A stretch of DNA of 63,758 bases, the filler included, from Folioceros fuciformis (Eukaryota), in the NCBI GenBank assembly GCA_049999805.1. It is 8 parts of 8 records of this genome, joined end to end, with 100 filler letters (N's around TTAATTAATTAA, not from the genome) between each part and the next. Parts side by side here need not be neighbours in the genome. Positions count along the whole stretch, not along the records: positions 1 to 27,648 come from JBNGIO010005884.1; 7 more parts are not named here. One strand, written 5' to 3'. The notes below the pieces were generated by a model. That model made no database searches, was not told the origin of the DNA, and was given only the letters and a program-made list of their open reading frames with translations. Position 1 is the first letter of the stretch. The number at the start of each line of letters is the position of its first letter. Shown here one piece after another: positions 10,486 to 25,109 of this stretch. The position numbers and the translations under genes are program-made.

Positions 10486-11292
10486 ATGGCTGCTGGCGTC
10501 GGGGAGGATTTATTTGAATTGAGGCGGCTGCTGTCGGAAGCAAAGCGTCCTAGGGTCCGGCAACTCCTTTCCAGTGAGATAGAAAGTCTGTCCACCTCAC
10601 AGCTAGGTTCACCAGCGGTATCCTCCTCTGGAACAGAACCGAACACATCGGTCCAGCATCTGCCAGTTTTACAGCAGAAGTCTGTGCAACAGAACTCTGC
10701 CCCTACTCCCGTGCAGAGCTCGCCACAGCTGCAGGCGACCATTGTCCCAGTCCTGACTTCCACGGTCGCTTCCACCGGTGACGTCCGGTACAACACTCTC
10801 TCGACATTCAGCTGGGATCAAACTAGTGACAGGATGAAGATCTACTACCCGCTGGAAGGAGCCAGCGAGGACAGGGTATCTGCCTCATTCCAGGAGTCGT
10901 CCTTCGATATCACGATTCGTGATGTCAACGGCAAGAACTATCGGTGCGGAGTCCCGAAGTTGAACAAATTGATCTCTCCGGAGAAATCGAGGGTGGTGGT
11001 GAAGCCTAAGCGCATCATTGTTTCCTTGGCGAAGAAGGAGACCGGCAACTGGCTGGATCTTCACAAGAAAGAAGATAAGTTGAAGAGCTCACTGGATGGC
11101 AAGGACAGTAAGGACCCTATGTCAGGGATTATGGATATGATGAAGAACATGTATGAAGAAGGCGACGACAACATGAAGAGGACCATTGCTCAGGCATGGA
11201 CGGAAGCCAGGAAAGGAGACAAGTCCAAGTCCAGTCTCAATCCGCTGGGAAGGCAGACACCTGGTCTGGATAACTTCGGTAGCGGCCTCTGA
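10486..11292 (+). CDS. CACYBP: Calcyclin-binding/Siah-interacting protein (N-terminal helical, CS and SGS domains), intronless CDS
   Basis: EDLFELRRLLSEAKRPRVRQLL; FSWDQTSDRMKIY (CS); DPMSGIMDMMKNMYEEGDDNMKRTIAQAW (SGS). First ATG at 10486. Confidence 0.9.
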   Translation: MAAGVGEDLFELRRLLSEAKRPRVRQLLSSEIESLSTSQLGSPAVSSSGTEPNTSVQHLPVLQQKSVQQNSAPTPVQSSPQLQATIVPVLTSTVASTGDVRYNTLSTFSWDQTSDRMKIYYPLEGASEDRVSASFQESSFDITIRDVNGKNYRCGVPKLNKLISPEKSRVVVKPKRIIVSLAKKETGNWLDLHKKEDKLKSSLDGKDSKDPMSGIMDMMKNMYEEGDDNMKRTIAQAWTEARKGDKSKSSLNPLGRQTPGLDNFGSGL

Positions 11293-11998
11293 CCTGTTGC
11301 CAAGATCCTCCCTCAAAGAGAGACACAAAGGAGATACTGCGTGTTAGCGATTTAGGTCTCTGAATTAACGCGTAGCGGTGGTTTTGAATTTTGTAGTTCT
11401 TGTTGGTTCGACTGTACCTTATGTGAGCCGGCTTCAGTGAATGTTGTTGGATACGCCCTTTATAGGCTGGGTGATCACATTTGTGTGTGGAGAGCCTAGG
11501 CAAACAGAGGTAGAGGATAAGACAGCAGCTCAGCTCTGAAGCGGGCATCGTACATGGTTGCCAACCCGACGAACTATGCACCTCTGTGCTTGAAAGTTGT
11601 GGCCCTTCCTCTCCAACTTTCAGTGTTGTAGCCGGGCGAGATTCATAATGTCTTTGCAACTTCGGCAAGGAAACTGTCAGAACGATGCTGCTGCTGTCGC
11701 ACCGAATGTTAGGGTTCTCGTTGTCCGAATATCGTTACAGATACATATATATCTGTGCCTAGCTATATGTACCTAGCATCAAGAAACAATATGAAACACG
11801 AGTGTCTACATCTATGTGGAAGACTTCTGGCTGATCCGGTACCGGAGGCTGACCGGGTGAGGGTAGTCGGGCATAAATATCCAGTCCGACGTGAGGCCTG
11901 TAACGAAGATCTGCACGCTGCCGCCTCTCGAAAGTTCAATTTAATCTGGGAGGTTGGGTTGCTTGTGGAGGTTGGTGGGAGGCACGGCAAGCCGAGCC

Positions 11999-13966
<1,968 letters not shown>

Positions 13967-14302
13967 CATCCCAAGCCCACCTCATCAGCCAGGCCATCTC
14001 TAACAACAACTGCAGGCGGAGGTCTGTGACGCCACACCAGCACGGTGTCTTAACCTGCTGGAAAATTTTGACCACATCCATCGTCGGTCCGATTGCACAC
14101 CAGGAAAAGCGAGGGTGCTGTGGCTGAATTAGACATCGGTGTGTGAGCAGGGGAGCTCGCTACATCGAACTGGTGCTGGCAAGCAACTTGCAGTGCAGTG
14201 CATTGCCTTGTGGGCCAAAATGACCCGAGTCAGCATTAACAGGCCCGGACCCTACACCTAGTTATGTATTCCTGGTTCAAACAATTCATTCAAAGTAGTA
14301 TT

Positions 14303-14375
14303 TCTGGCGGTGGTGTAACCGGTCACGACGGCAGTCCCGCTCAGGCGAGGTGTTGGGATCGAATCTGGGTCTGGA
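14303..14375 (+). pseudogene. tRNA-like relic or tRNA-derived SINE head (Pol III A and B boxes)
   Basis: TGGTGTAACCGG (A box, 14311) and GGGATCGAATC (B-box-like, about 14355) at tRNA spacing. Stems are degraded and no anticodon is assignable. Confidence 0.45.
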
Positions 14376-15157
14376 TATTTCGTGTGGGAGGGTAAACTAT
14401 TCTTTTGTACGCTCTCTACGTACACATGTAAAGTTCCCGGAATAAACGCAGATGTTCGATCTTTGCAGGCCGTGGGCCCTCCAAATCGGGAGCACTAATA
14501 TTGGTCCGCATGTCCCGCATCCTCGGCCACAGCCTGGTCATGTCCAGGCCGGCGCGGACCCCCATGTGACGACGATATCCACGAGTCCTCCACTACGATA
14601 GTGGGGAGCGGGCTTGACGCATTCTCTTCCCCAAATTGCAAGTTGGGCAAGTCGGGCTAGTTACTATCCGGCGCAGGACACACAGTAGATATGAACATAT
14701 GTACACAGCAGGCGGGGGCGCGTGGCCTGGCCTGGCCTGGCCCAGGGGCCGGCAGGGCCAAGCCTTGGCTGCCGCATCAAGGGTAGGCCTGACGAGAGAC
14801 GTTTCTACAGAACCTCGGCGAGCTGGACCTCCACGGCCGCGCCGCCGGAAAGATCTCTAAGGTCTGCTGACAATGTCGGATGAGGAACGGGTAGGACCTG
14901 CGCTCTCTCCCCTCTCTCTATGACTACACATGCGACGGGCTGCATTAGCAGCCGTGGCTCCGCGTGATCTGAAACTGGATCGTGCTTATTAACGTTCCTC
15001 CGATTTCGTCTCCAGCATCCGAAACGAGCAGACTTGCAGTGGATGCTTTAGAGCGGTGGCCTCGCCTTATCACGGCACGCTCGTTATACTTAGCAGCGCT
15101 ACTGAATTGGAGACTTAGGCACACGCCTTGGACATTTCTCCTCTGCGCTGATCAGCT

Positions 15158-15920
15158 ATGGGCTCGCTTATGGCTGGTTGGGACTCCCCGAGATCACCGC
15201 GCGGAGGTGAGGATTTGGTTTGCCGATGTAGGAAGCAATCGTCGCGGGGTGTCACCTGTGCCTTGCGTTGCTTGCGTCAGATATGCGGCGGAACTCGTCC
15301 TTGACTAAAGAGGAGGTGGAGAAATTCTGGAGGAGCAAGAAACAGAACGTTGAAGAGCATTTGCGGGAAGCCATGGCCCAACAGCAACAGACATTCGGGG
15401 AAGGGACCTCGGTGAGCTAGGCCGGAAACTAATCTGGAGTCAAATCTTTTCGAGGTCTGAGGCAAGGCTGTCCGTTCCGTGGTTTTGGTTTTAAACCATG
15501 GTGAGTTTGGCATGTCCTGCGCAGGATTCCCCCTCTGTCGCCGTGGTGGCGCACGCTGCGCATCCCAGGGGCGTAGCCATCCCAGGGGCGCATGGTCAAG
15601 ACGTCAAGGCCCATGAGACGGCGTCAGCGGACGTCCTGCCCGGGAGCGGAGACTGGTGAACTCGCTCGCTTCCCGTCTGCTGAGCTAAGCTAGTTGTCTT
15701 TCAGGATAGTATGGTTGAAAGATTTATCAAGTTTGGTGTGGCTGACGGTCATCCTTGCCTTGATAGGTGGACGAGGAGCAGCTGGGCTTTTCTGAACGAG
15801 CCGCCCAAGGAGATCAGGCCTGGGCAGGGAGGCAGCTATGTCCCGCAATTTGATGTTGCAGCTCGAGCGCAGCTGAGCAGAGAAATGGGCTCTAGCTGCA
15901 GTGGTCTGTCAGCAACTTGA
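15158..15920 (+). CDS. Small conserved plant protein of the At1g19530-like family, 4 exons
   Basis: Splices in frame to MGSLMAGWDS...RRNSSLTKEEVEKFWRSKK...DWWTRSSWAFLNEPP...YVPQFDVA, the hallmark motifs of this family. Confidence 0.85.
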
Positions 15921-16445
15921 CTTGCTCTTTGTTCCTTGCTCCCACCGTGTGCTACAAGTTTGGCTAAATTCTTAGCTACTTTGTAGAACACGAAATTGGT
16001 ATGTTTGGTAGTTTGCTTTACGTGTACAGCGTGTACGGTGTCATCGAGATTATGAACAGTCCACAATTTGTAATGGCTTTTATGCCTCTGAGCCAGGATT
16101 TTGTAGTGCTAGCAAAGCATTTTTCAGACCTGTACATAGGGCCTTACACCGTCCTTTCTTCAGCACACTTTTCCACTGTGTTGCCGAGTCGATTGGTGTC
16201 TGCTGCTTGTCGGGCCCAAGCCTGCAGGAAAATCATATGAGATAAGTTGACAACGCTCACGATGGAAAAATACCCGTCTCCACACGCCCGGTACAGTGGA
16301 AAATGAAGCTCAGAAGTGCTACCCACCTTGACAGGCCTCTTCACCCCGCTCACGCTTTACACTCTCCACTTTATGTTCTACCCACTTGAAAATTACAGTT
16401 GACAGGCACCCATCTCCACGCAGTCAGTTGAGCTTATCTTGTGGG

Positions 16446-19400
16446 TCATAACCACCTTCTGCGCTTATCTGCGTTCTCCTTGATGTTCTTGCTGACCGTC
16501 TTCTGGTCTGCATCCTTGTCAAATGCAGCACCTCTTTTCTGAGAAGGTGTTGTCGGGGTAGCTTTCAGCTCCGGTATGCACCGCGGTGCTCTGGGTGTTC
16601 CCCCTCCTGTGATCAGTGAAAGGTAGTTCTCGTCTGTGAAGAGAAGATGCCCCTTCATCCTCGATTCGCCGTGGTTCGAGGTTTGCATCACCGTGCCTGT
16701 CTTTGATCTTCCCTCCTTCCCCTGGAGTATGTCTGGGAGTAAGTTTGATTTCCTTGTTCTGCCTCCACTGTGCTCCTTGGTGGGGACCTGAATCACGTTC
16801 CCTAAAATCTTGGATTCGGTTAGTGTTGCCTTCGGCGGCGAGGCATCACCACTGCTTGCCTCAAGCGAAGTTGTAGCCTTTGATCGACTGTCTTTCCCAT
16901 CACACGTCTCCCCCACTGCAGAAAACGAGCTTTCTAAACTGAAGCGAAGACTGCTCCTTCCTGTCCTTTCCGCGGGAAAGCTGGGCGATCTTCTTACTCG
17001 TTGAGGGGACGGCATTGTTAAAGCCAAGAGCTCGTTCACCTGCAATGGTATCCAAGCAACGTCACAAAGCTGTTCCAATACCTCAGTGCAACCTTGGCAG
17101 GCGAAGTGTTGCTGAACAGACGCACCTTCTTTTCCAGGGAAGAAATCTCTTGATTCAAACAGAATATGTTGGCGTCTTTTCTCCTGCAAATTTCTTCCAG
17201 TGCTGCAAATCTCTGTTCAAGTTGACGTACCATGTCAGCATTGCTCCCTTGCTCTGAACACTATCGAGCAGCAGGAAGAGCAAACACACAAGCTTACCTG
17301 ATCATTTGCCTCTCTTGCGACTTTACTTGCCATAGTCAAACTTTCCAATTCTTCCCTTAGATGCTGTATCTCGGTTGACTTTTCCGACAACAAAAGTTGC
17401 TCAGCCTGCATACAGATTTGCCATGAGGTTTCCTCTAGAACGACCTCTCGCGTTTCCTAGCAAAAGGTCGTGAAATGCAGACCGTCCCTGTAATACCTTT
17501 CTGCTGCGCGATACATCCTCATAGTCTTCTTCTTTCAGTCTTAATTGCTTTGTGAGCTCCACGAGTTCCAGATTAGCCTTGGCCTGTGCGGCAGCGAACA
17601 CATTAATAGCTCAGTGCGTTTGCTCTGCAGGGGAAGCTAGAGTCGCTCCTCAGAGAACGGACCTGGTTTTTCTTGTCAGCTTCAATAGCCTCTGCAAGCT
17701 TCACTTCAGCTTCTCTTCTCTTTTTCTCACTTGATCTGATATACGCCTTCATACTGCTCATTTGCGCTTCCATGCCCGCTACCTACAAATGATAAGCAGA
17801 ATCATGGGTGGGGTCAAAAGGAACAACCTAATGATAGAAGCAACAACTTAAGCAAATACCTTCGAAGCAGCGACCTCTAAATCTGCTAACAGTTGCTCTG
17901 CGACGAATTCTGGTGAGCTTGGGAGAAACCCCGGGGGCTGCTTCCCTCCATCGAGAGGTGCAATGATATTGTCAACAGCTTTGCTCACAGCTGCACGTAA
18001 GGCAGATGTTACATCAACCCCCCCGGCTTTCCAAGGAGACATATTCTGATCATAAACACCCAAAGGCTCTGACAGATCCGAGTGACTGGAAAGCCGCTGG
18101 TCATTCGGTTCGGCTGGCAGTCCTTGAAATCTCTGATTCTGGCCTCCACTTTCAGCTGGCTGTAAGTAGGAAACCCCGGCACCCTGTGACTCCCATCCAG
18201 GCGTAGTCAGCCACTCCTGCCAAGAGCTGGTGCTGCCCTGGCAGGCAGCGTTCTTGATTCCATCCTACACATATTGGAGTATTTCGCTAGTAAACCGTCT
18301 CGCCTGCATGCACAAGCATTCTTCGCAGTGGAAAGTTTAAGAGGGCAAGTTAAACCTTGAGACTGACAGAGGACTTTTCAATGTCTGAAGGAAAGATGTC
18401 CAGCGAAGCCAAAGCCTCGACCCCAAGTTTCTGACACATATCAATCACGGCAGTCTGCAGTGATGTTACCCTCCCTGTGGCGTGCTCCACACTTTCCTTC
18501 AAAGCGACCAAGACTGCGCACCGAAGGAACTCAGGAGATGAGAGGCTCGGTGATAACAAGGCAACAGCATGACCTGAATCATATAACTTGCTTCCTCACA
18601 TTTCCTGCTAGCGTTACCTTTGGCCCTGACCCCTCCTGAGGCTTGAGCCTCTGTCCCTGCTTGGGTTCCCCTCTCGTACTTCTGGAACTCTTTGGCCTGG
18701 GACATGGAGAGTGACATCCGCAACAGGTTGAAAATGGAGGACCTCCATAGACCGAGAATTCATAACCCTAGGACCCGCCAGTGGTACGAGCGAGCACTGG
18801 GAGGACTCAAACATGAAATCCGTTGTGACTGACCTTGTCAATCACTGCTGTAAACGCGCTCATAACGCCTGATGCTTCCTTCTCTAAAAGTGCCGTGATT
18901 TGCTTCTGCAACAACAAACATGTCCACGAGGAACGACTAAGGTGTCAAGGCCTCCAGCGATGACATAGCTTGCTCTCGTTCTTGCAGTTGCTGATGCTAA
19001 CGCTCTTGAAAGAATAGTTCACCCTCCGACAGACATATCCACGTAGGTTAAGCGCTTACCCGGATGCCAAGGATGACAGAAGCACACTTGGCTTGCGCGG
19101 CTTCTCTCCCAGCTTCCAATCCTTCTGAAGTTCTCGTTGGCACTTGCCACAATCTCGAAGTATCTTTTCCCACCTACAAGAATGTGCAAGTTTCCACAAA
19201 AGAAAAATCTGTGTCACCAAACTGCTGCAGCTTCCAGCTACAACCTGGTGACAAGAGTGAAGCTTACTGTGGGGTAACTGTTGCCACTCGTAATTCGAGG
19301 AAACCGCAGGGGGCTCCCATAGAAACTATCAAGAGACGTGACGGAGGAGTGGACTGATAACCACTCAGTAGGGTCCTCTACGTCCAGCATAATGTCACCA

Positions 19401-20471
19401 AACAAGGGGTTATCCCATCCTCGAGAACTCTGTCTTTTCAGTCTCCCGGTGGTCTTGGAGCTGTCGAACGTGGGGACACAGCTTTCCAGTACGAGGTCCG
19501 AGTTTACTCTTTGGTCTGCAGTTTCACACACCGTCTCCGTCGCCTGCTCCCCATCAGCAACTGCTGTAGTCTTATCAGACAGCACTTTGTCCCACAACTC
19601 CCTCAGTTCTTGCCTTAGGAGCGCCAAAGATTCTTCCTGGACATCATCAAGAAGCACGCACAAGAACGTTCGGAAATTTGTCCATGCTCAGAACTGAAAA
19701 GCTCAACGCGTGAATAGCATCACCTCTCACCTTGCACTCAATAGCTTGTTGCAAGCTATTCATCTCCTCTACACTCCTTTCTTTAGCTGCTGCCGCTGCA
19801 GCAGCTGCCACTGCTACCACAAGAACTCTTTGAAGAGGAGCAAATCCTTCCCACACCTCCGCCTCTCGGCCGCTAAGGTGACTGCCCAACCTTGCCAAGC
19901 CAGAAGCAACGTCTGGGTGGGCGGGCCCATGTTCCACAGAGAACCAAGCAATGCTCCCATTTCGAGGATTATCAAGTACCGAAAACCCGACTGCAGAATC
20001 TCTGCACTGCACTTGGGACCGCCCCACGATTCTTGGTCTCCTCATGTTCGATCGCCTCTCGTAAGGACGGGCTCTGCCCGATCCCCACAGGTAGAGGCGC
20101 TGCATGGGACCAACGGACGCACCGGCCGACGTTTCTTGCGGATCTTTTGCTACTGCCTGAGTCTCGGTGTCTCGCAACGACAGCTGTGAGAATACTTGAA
20201 GCTGCTGCGGAATGCCGACGCCGTCTTCGACTTTCTTCATCTCCCCTCTGCAGCGCTGTGAGCGAATCCGCTCGCAGAAAGCCATTCCGTGGAACGGACT
20301 ACCATCTCGACATAAAATCTCCGGCAACTCGGCAAGGAATCCTACAACAGGGATCGGTCCGGTACTGCCATGAGTGTCGAATCTCCCGTCCGAAGAATCT
20401 TTACACGCGCTACCTGAAGAGGCTCTCCTCCGAGCAGGAGCAAACCGGCGGTTGACCATGCAGTGCATCAT
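16446..20471 (-). CDS. Large multi-exon gene, coiled-coil plus Ser-rich protein of unknown function (start and exon limits approximate)
   Basis: Series of minus-strand coding-like segments bounded by GT/AG, including heptad-rich AKANLELVELTKQLRLKEEDYE and MVRQLEQRFAALEEICRRKDANIFCLNQEISSLEKK, and a long terminal exon ending KRRRWL*. Confidence 0.6.
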
Positions 20472-21482
20472 TTTCAGGTCTCCGCCCCTTCCTGGCCCTC
20501 GGCCCTCATACAGACATGCAGCTACCAATTCCACCTCCTAACGATCACCAGAAAGGCGCTGGACATCTAAGAAACGACACCTCCTCGGGTCTAGATCACA
20601 GAAAGCTAGCCCGAGAAAGAACTTCAAGACACTCCAGGCTCAGCAAGCAAAGAAGCAGCTGGCTTGCCTTCCCTGATGCCAGAAAGAAGGAGGAGCTGGC
20701 AAATGCCCTCAGTGTCTGCCTCCCTAATGCATCAAGAACGAGCATCCCTTGTGACAATTCTCCGAACACCCGTCCGGACTGGGCTATCAAAGCCCAGCCA
20801 GCTCATTCACGTGAGTGCAAATGTGCAGAGCAGGAGCAGCCAGAGGGAGTGATTGGGAGATTGTAAGCAGTCCACCTTCCGCAACAGGTGAACTCGGGAC
20901 AGAAAGACAACCCTTTGCAACTTCACAAGATCCAGAAATGGAGGCTGAGACCATGGCGAGCGGCCAAACGTTTGAAATGGAACCAGTTCAAATTCAAAAC
21001 GACAAAAAGGTCTGTTCACAACTCGGTCCTGCGAAGCCGGACAGGATCTGGCCGCGCACGTCGGGCATGTAGATAATACGACGTAGCGAACATTTCGTAC
21101 CCTCCGACGGTATCCTATGCATACATTAAAATTCATTTATCATAGCCGATATGTACAACGGAGCGGAACAGATGCCCGTTGTTCCCAACACACAAACAAT
21201 CCATTAAGACGAAGTTTAAGTCTTATATGTAATGATCTCCCAAATTTAGAAGAGACTCACTTTAAGGCTCCGGTTACATGGGTAGTCATTCCTTCGCTTG
21301 CTCCTAGTTTACTATAAGGGCATTTCCTACTGCAACGATACTAACTGGTCGAGTTACATATCCCCAAAGATGCAGCAATTTCTAGTTACATGATATATAT
21401 CTATGGGATAGGAACTTTGGCATGTACACGAGAAAGAGGTTTTCGAGTCTTCCCCATTGTCACGTGGGGTTTGTCATTGGAC

Positions 21483-23322
21483 TCATTCCAACTTGAAATC
21501 TTGCAGCTGGATGAGAACCTCATTTCTCTGCAATCCACGGTTACATTGTCAGCCTGCAGGACAGAGCCTTCAGCACATGAGACAAACATGCAAGAGACAG
21601 GCACCTGTATGAAGGCCGGTGTGCTGTCAGGATCATTGTAGCGAGCAAGCATGGCGCCTTCTTGTGGGACGAGGCCATCCCTGACTAATGCTGCACGCAA
21701 ATTTCTCTCCAATTGCCTCACTCGTTCTGGGGTTGGTTTGCCGCTGAACATGGAAGCTGCCAGAAATCCCTCACCAACAGGCTGGACCTCCACGTTGGTC
21801 GAGTTCGGTGCAGGTAACCTGATGCTTCAAATCCTGAGTCAACGTGGGGAGTGGTGAAGACGATCTCTCACTCCTGGAGGAACTAGTTACCTGGACAAAT
21901 CGGCAGACCGAGGCAGCACAATCTGGATGCGAGATGGCCCAGAGGTTTCCTCAGTTCTCGTCTTGGTGAACACCGGCGTGGTCATTTTGAACTTCTCGCC
22001 CCCGGCATTCTTGCCAAAGATGTAGCTGCAGATGGAAGGAGAGTGGTTAGGTCAGCTTCATGACTTGCACTGCCTGAAGGTAGTCATGGGAGATGAAGCA
22101 CTCACCCAGCTATGTCATTGAATCCCTTGTTGCCTGCTAGCCCTTCTGAATCAGCCGCCACCACCAGTATTGGATCATACTTTCTTACCTGCATCCAACC
22201 GAAGCATGTATGCCATGTCTGTCATATTTTATGCCAACGTATGCCATGCACAATTTCTGAACGTGATCCTAGCTTTCGGGGCTGGAAGTCACTAGCGGAG
22301 AGGGGAGCAACCTCATAATCTGCAGCTCGTCTCAGAACTTGGTACCTTGGAGTCTCCAAGTCAGGGGTTTTGTAGTACCGCATCTGCAGTGACACATGTC
22401 CCAGTTCAGTCTGGTGATCCCTACACAAACTACGAAAAGGAAGACAGGTCTGGCTGAACCTCACCTGTCTGACCACATCCATGACGGCCTCCAGAGACAG
22501 GAACTCGTTGTTGCGAACGGAGTCCCACAGGTCCTGCACCGGGCAACAAGGAATTGTATCGTGGTCTAGAATACGGTGGAGTCATGCCTTATCCGCTGGA
22601 CGCAACCTACCACATGACTGACGAATTTGCGAGACTCCGGATCAAAGGCCATGAGGGAGACACCAGTGAACACCAGCTTAGGTCTCCAAGGCAGCAGCAC
22701 GAAGTTGAGGGTCATGGTCCACCGAGTTGTGATCTCATTGGGGCCTGTCTGCCAGCACCGGTACCTCTGCAAAAGCTTAGCACCTGGGCGGAAGGAATGC
22801 AAGAGCGAGCCTGAGCCTCGCAATGAAGGCTTCCTGAACCCAAACCTGGCGGACTGTGTGAAGCTCGAACAGGGGACGGAAGAGAACACGGAGCATGGCG
22901 ATGTTGAACAGATACCACTCCAGCGTCTCGTACCGGGTGAGCGGGTCCTTGAACACCACTTTCTCAGCGTACATGCTCTTGTTTATCCCCTGCTCATCAA
23001 ACAAGTGCACCAGGTCCTTCTCCAGAAACGCCACCAGTTCCTGTGCCACATCCTGGGGAGCCTCCACATCCACATCCACCGTGTTCATCGGCCGAGGGGC
23101 TCCACTGAATGCAAGGCAAGTGAGTGATGCAGTGCGGCATTGCTTCAACACGGGAGACCTGTTGGACTTGGAGGAGACCGTAGCATTCTTGCATTTTCTG
23201 AAAGGACGACGCGAGGCAGCTACAGCTCTGCCGCACAAATTCTGCAGTGCAACCTGCTGAGGGAAGCCATTAGGATTGCGTGGCAGGAGAGACGGCACCC
23301 TGGAGCTCGCCGAGACAGCCAT
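21483..23322 (-). CDS. SOUL haem-binding protein with N-terminal SnoaL-like DUF2358 domain and transit-like peptide
   Basis: FLEKDLVHLFDEQGI...FKDPLTRY; TTRWTM...LPWRP; KTPDLETPRYQVLRRAADYEV; MFSGKPT...LARYNDP...RNEVLI. Confidence 0.9.
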
Positions 23323-24381
23323 GTTGCATCTCACTGAACCCATTGGCTTCTGGCCTTCCTCATTTTTCCATCCAAGTATGTTTCGTTTTCGTGCGGTGGA
23401 GAGAGGAAACTTGCTACAACTATCAGCTCCAAACGGCGAGCTAAAACAATTCCATCATGCGTGTTCCAGACCAGATGCACATCCAAGAGAAAACACAGCC
23501 AGTGACAAGTCGGCAATTCTACCATGGGGTTCTGCGAAACATTGCTGAAAGAACGGAGTTTCTCGACAACCAGGATTTGCACTGTTCGTGCTGGAAAGAC
23601 ACCTTTTTCTCCATGTATCTCAAATAGTCTCCGAAATTTGCCATTTGAAAACAGGAGAGCTGGTAGTTGTTTGTGTGGACCACGAAAAACGCCTTCATGG
23701 AATGAGCGGCGAGTGTGCCAAGATTCTTAACAGTAAAGGATGTTGCATTACGTGTGCCAAGACACATGCAAAGCAAACAACTCCTGGCAAGCTCTAAAGG
23801 AAAATCTAGATCCCAGGAGACCTTCCTGATAGTTTGGTGACCTGTAGACTTGTCTTCCCTAACAATCAGGTCCAGCTAGGCTTCAGAAAGATGTCGAAGA
23901 AAAGTGGAAAGGTCGAGGAGGAGATGCTGTAGGGCTCTCACACTCCTGGCAACTCGTCATGGGGACCAAAATCTGCGATGCTGAACTTTTTTCTCACCAT
24001 GCACCGATGTCGTGAAGCAAGTCCCTAGATTTGTCGCAGAAAGCTCTTTCATGCGCTGATACGAACAGCGACCTCCCCTCCAGCATGAAGATCCGAGAAG
24101 CACTAACATGGTATCGCCACATGACTCGGAGAACAGCTTGACATACAAGAGCTCCTATAAGCGGGGAGCAGAATCCAAACAGCCTTCCTGGAAGCCCGCT
24201 CGGAGGATTGCTAAACTCGTACATCCCCGTTCTGTGATATCTACTACTCTGCGTATCGTAAGCTGTATCTCTGAAACATTAACAAGGTCCACCTCCGATG
24301 CCAGGAGCTCCTCTAAAGAATTGCATCCCTAGATTACACAGTCCACCTCATTGGACCACCCTAGACAGCCAACAGACGCAG

Positions 24382-24909
24382 CTAGCTTCCCAGCTTGAAC
24401 GCGTCCACAAACAGGCCAAACGAGAAACCTGCTTTCCAGTAGTTGAGCATTTTGAACAAGCTCTGCAACCTCTTCCCCATGGGCATGGCTGGCTTCCGGT
24501 AAAGCACGTATCCAATTCCCTCTATCACGGCAACCATGACTCCTGCAGCCAGCACGTCCCAGTCCCCAGTCTGCCCTAACACCGTCGCCAACGCGTTCGC
24601 GGAATAGAAACCCAAGAGTACAAGAAAGATCTTCACGGGCAAGTCCTTGCGAAAATCGTTGAGCTTCCCGAACAGCTGGCGCTGTCCTTCTCCAATAATT
24701 CTGCCCAGGCGAGTGGTGCCACTCAAGCCCACATTCTGGTCCTGCCCGTCGTTACCCCCAGGGTTGTTGTTGAGCACGCAGGTGATTCTCCCGCCACCCG
24801 CGGGCCGCCTCTCGGCTGCCCGGCTCACCTTCCAGACTCCCTTTCTCAGGCTTCCGGCCCTGGGCGGACCCAGCCACCCTGTGTGCCACACGGCGAGCCC
24901 AGCTGCCAT
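24382..24909 (-). CDS. Ycf20-like (DUF565) plastid membrane protein, intronless
   Basis: TRLGRII...IFLVLLGFYSANALATVLGQTGDWDVLAAG...GLFVDAFKLGS, the diagnostic Ycf20 C-terminus. Confidence 0.92.
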   Translation of the reverse strand: MAAGLAVWHTGWLGPPRAGSLRKGVWKVSRAAERRPAGGGRITCVLNNNPGGNDGQDQNVGLSGTTRLGRIIGEGQRQLFGKLNDFRKDLPVKIFLVLLGFYSANALATVLGQTGDWDVLAAGVMVAVIEGIGYVLYRKPAMPMGKRLQSLFKMLNYWKAGFSFGLFVDAFKLGS

Positions 24910-25109
24910 TGAGCGCTGGATGAACGCACGTAGTAATGTCGCTGCGCACGGGTGTCAGGTGACGAACCGAGGCCGGATACGGTTCGGTGCCGAAGCTGGC
25001 GCACCTCCTGCCAGCGCAACTTCTCTGTTGCTCCCCTGTTCCGCTCTGGTGATCACGCGTCTCCGCCGGGAGGCTGCGAGCCAAGGGTAGCGAAGTTTAG
25101 TGCGGCAGG

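Noticed and set aside
14720-14760. Hypoxia-element-like CCAGGGGC upstream of the At1g19530-like gene
   Set aside because: Partial match in GC-rich DNA; not distinguishable from chance by eye.
24107-24120. PBS-like CATGGTATCGCC (also weak matches near 4430 and 4545)
   Set aside because: Short partial matches with no LTR or gag context.
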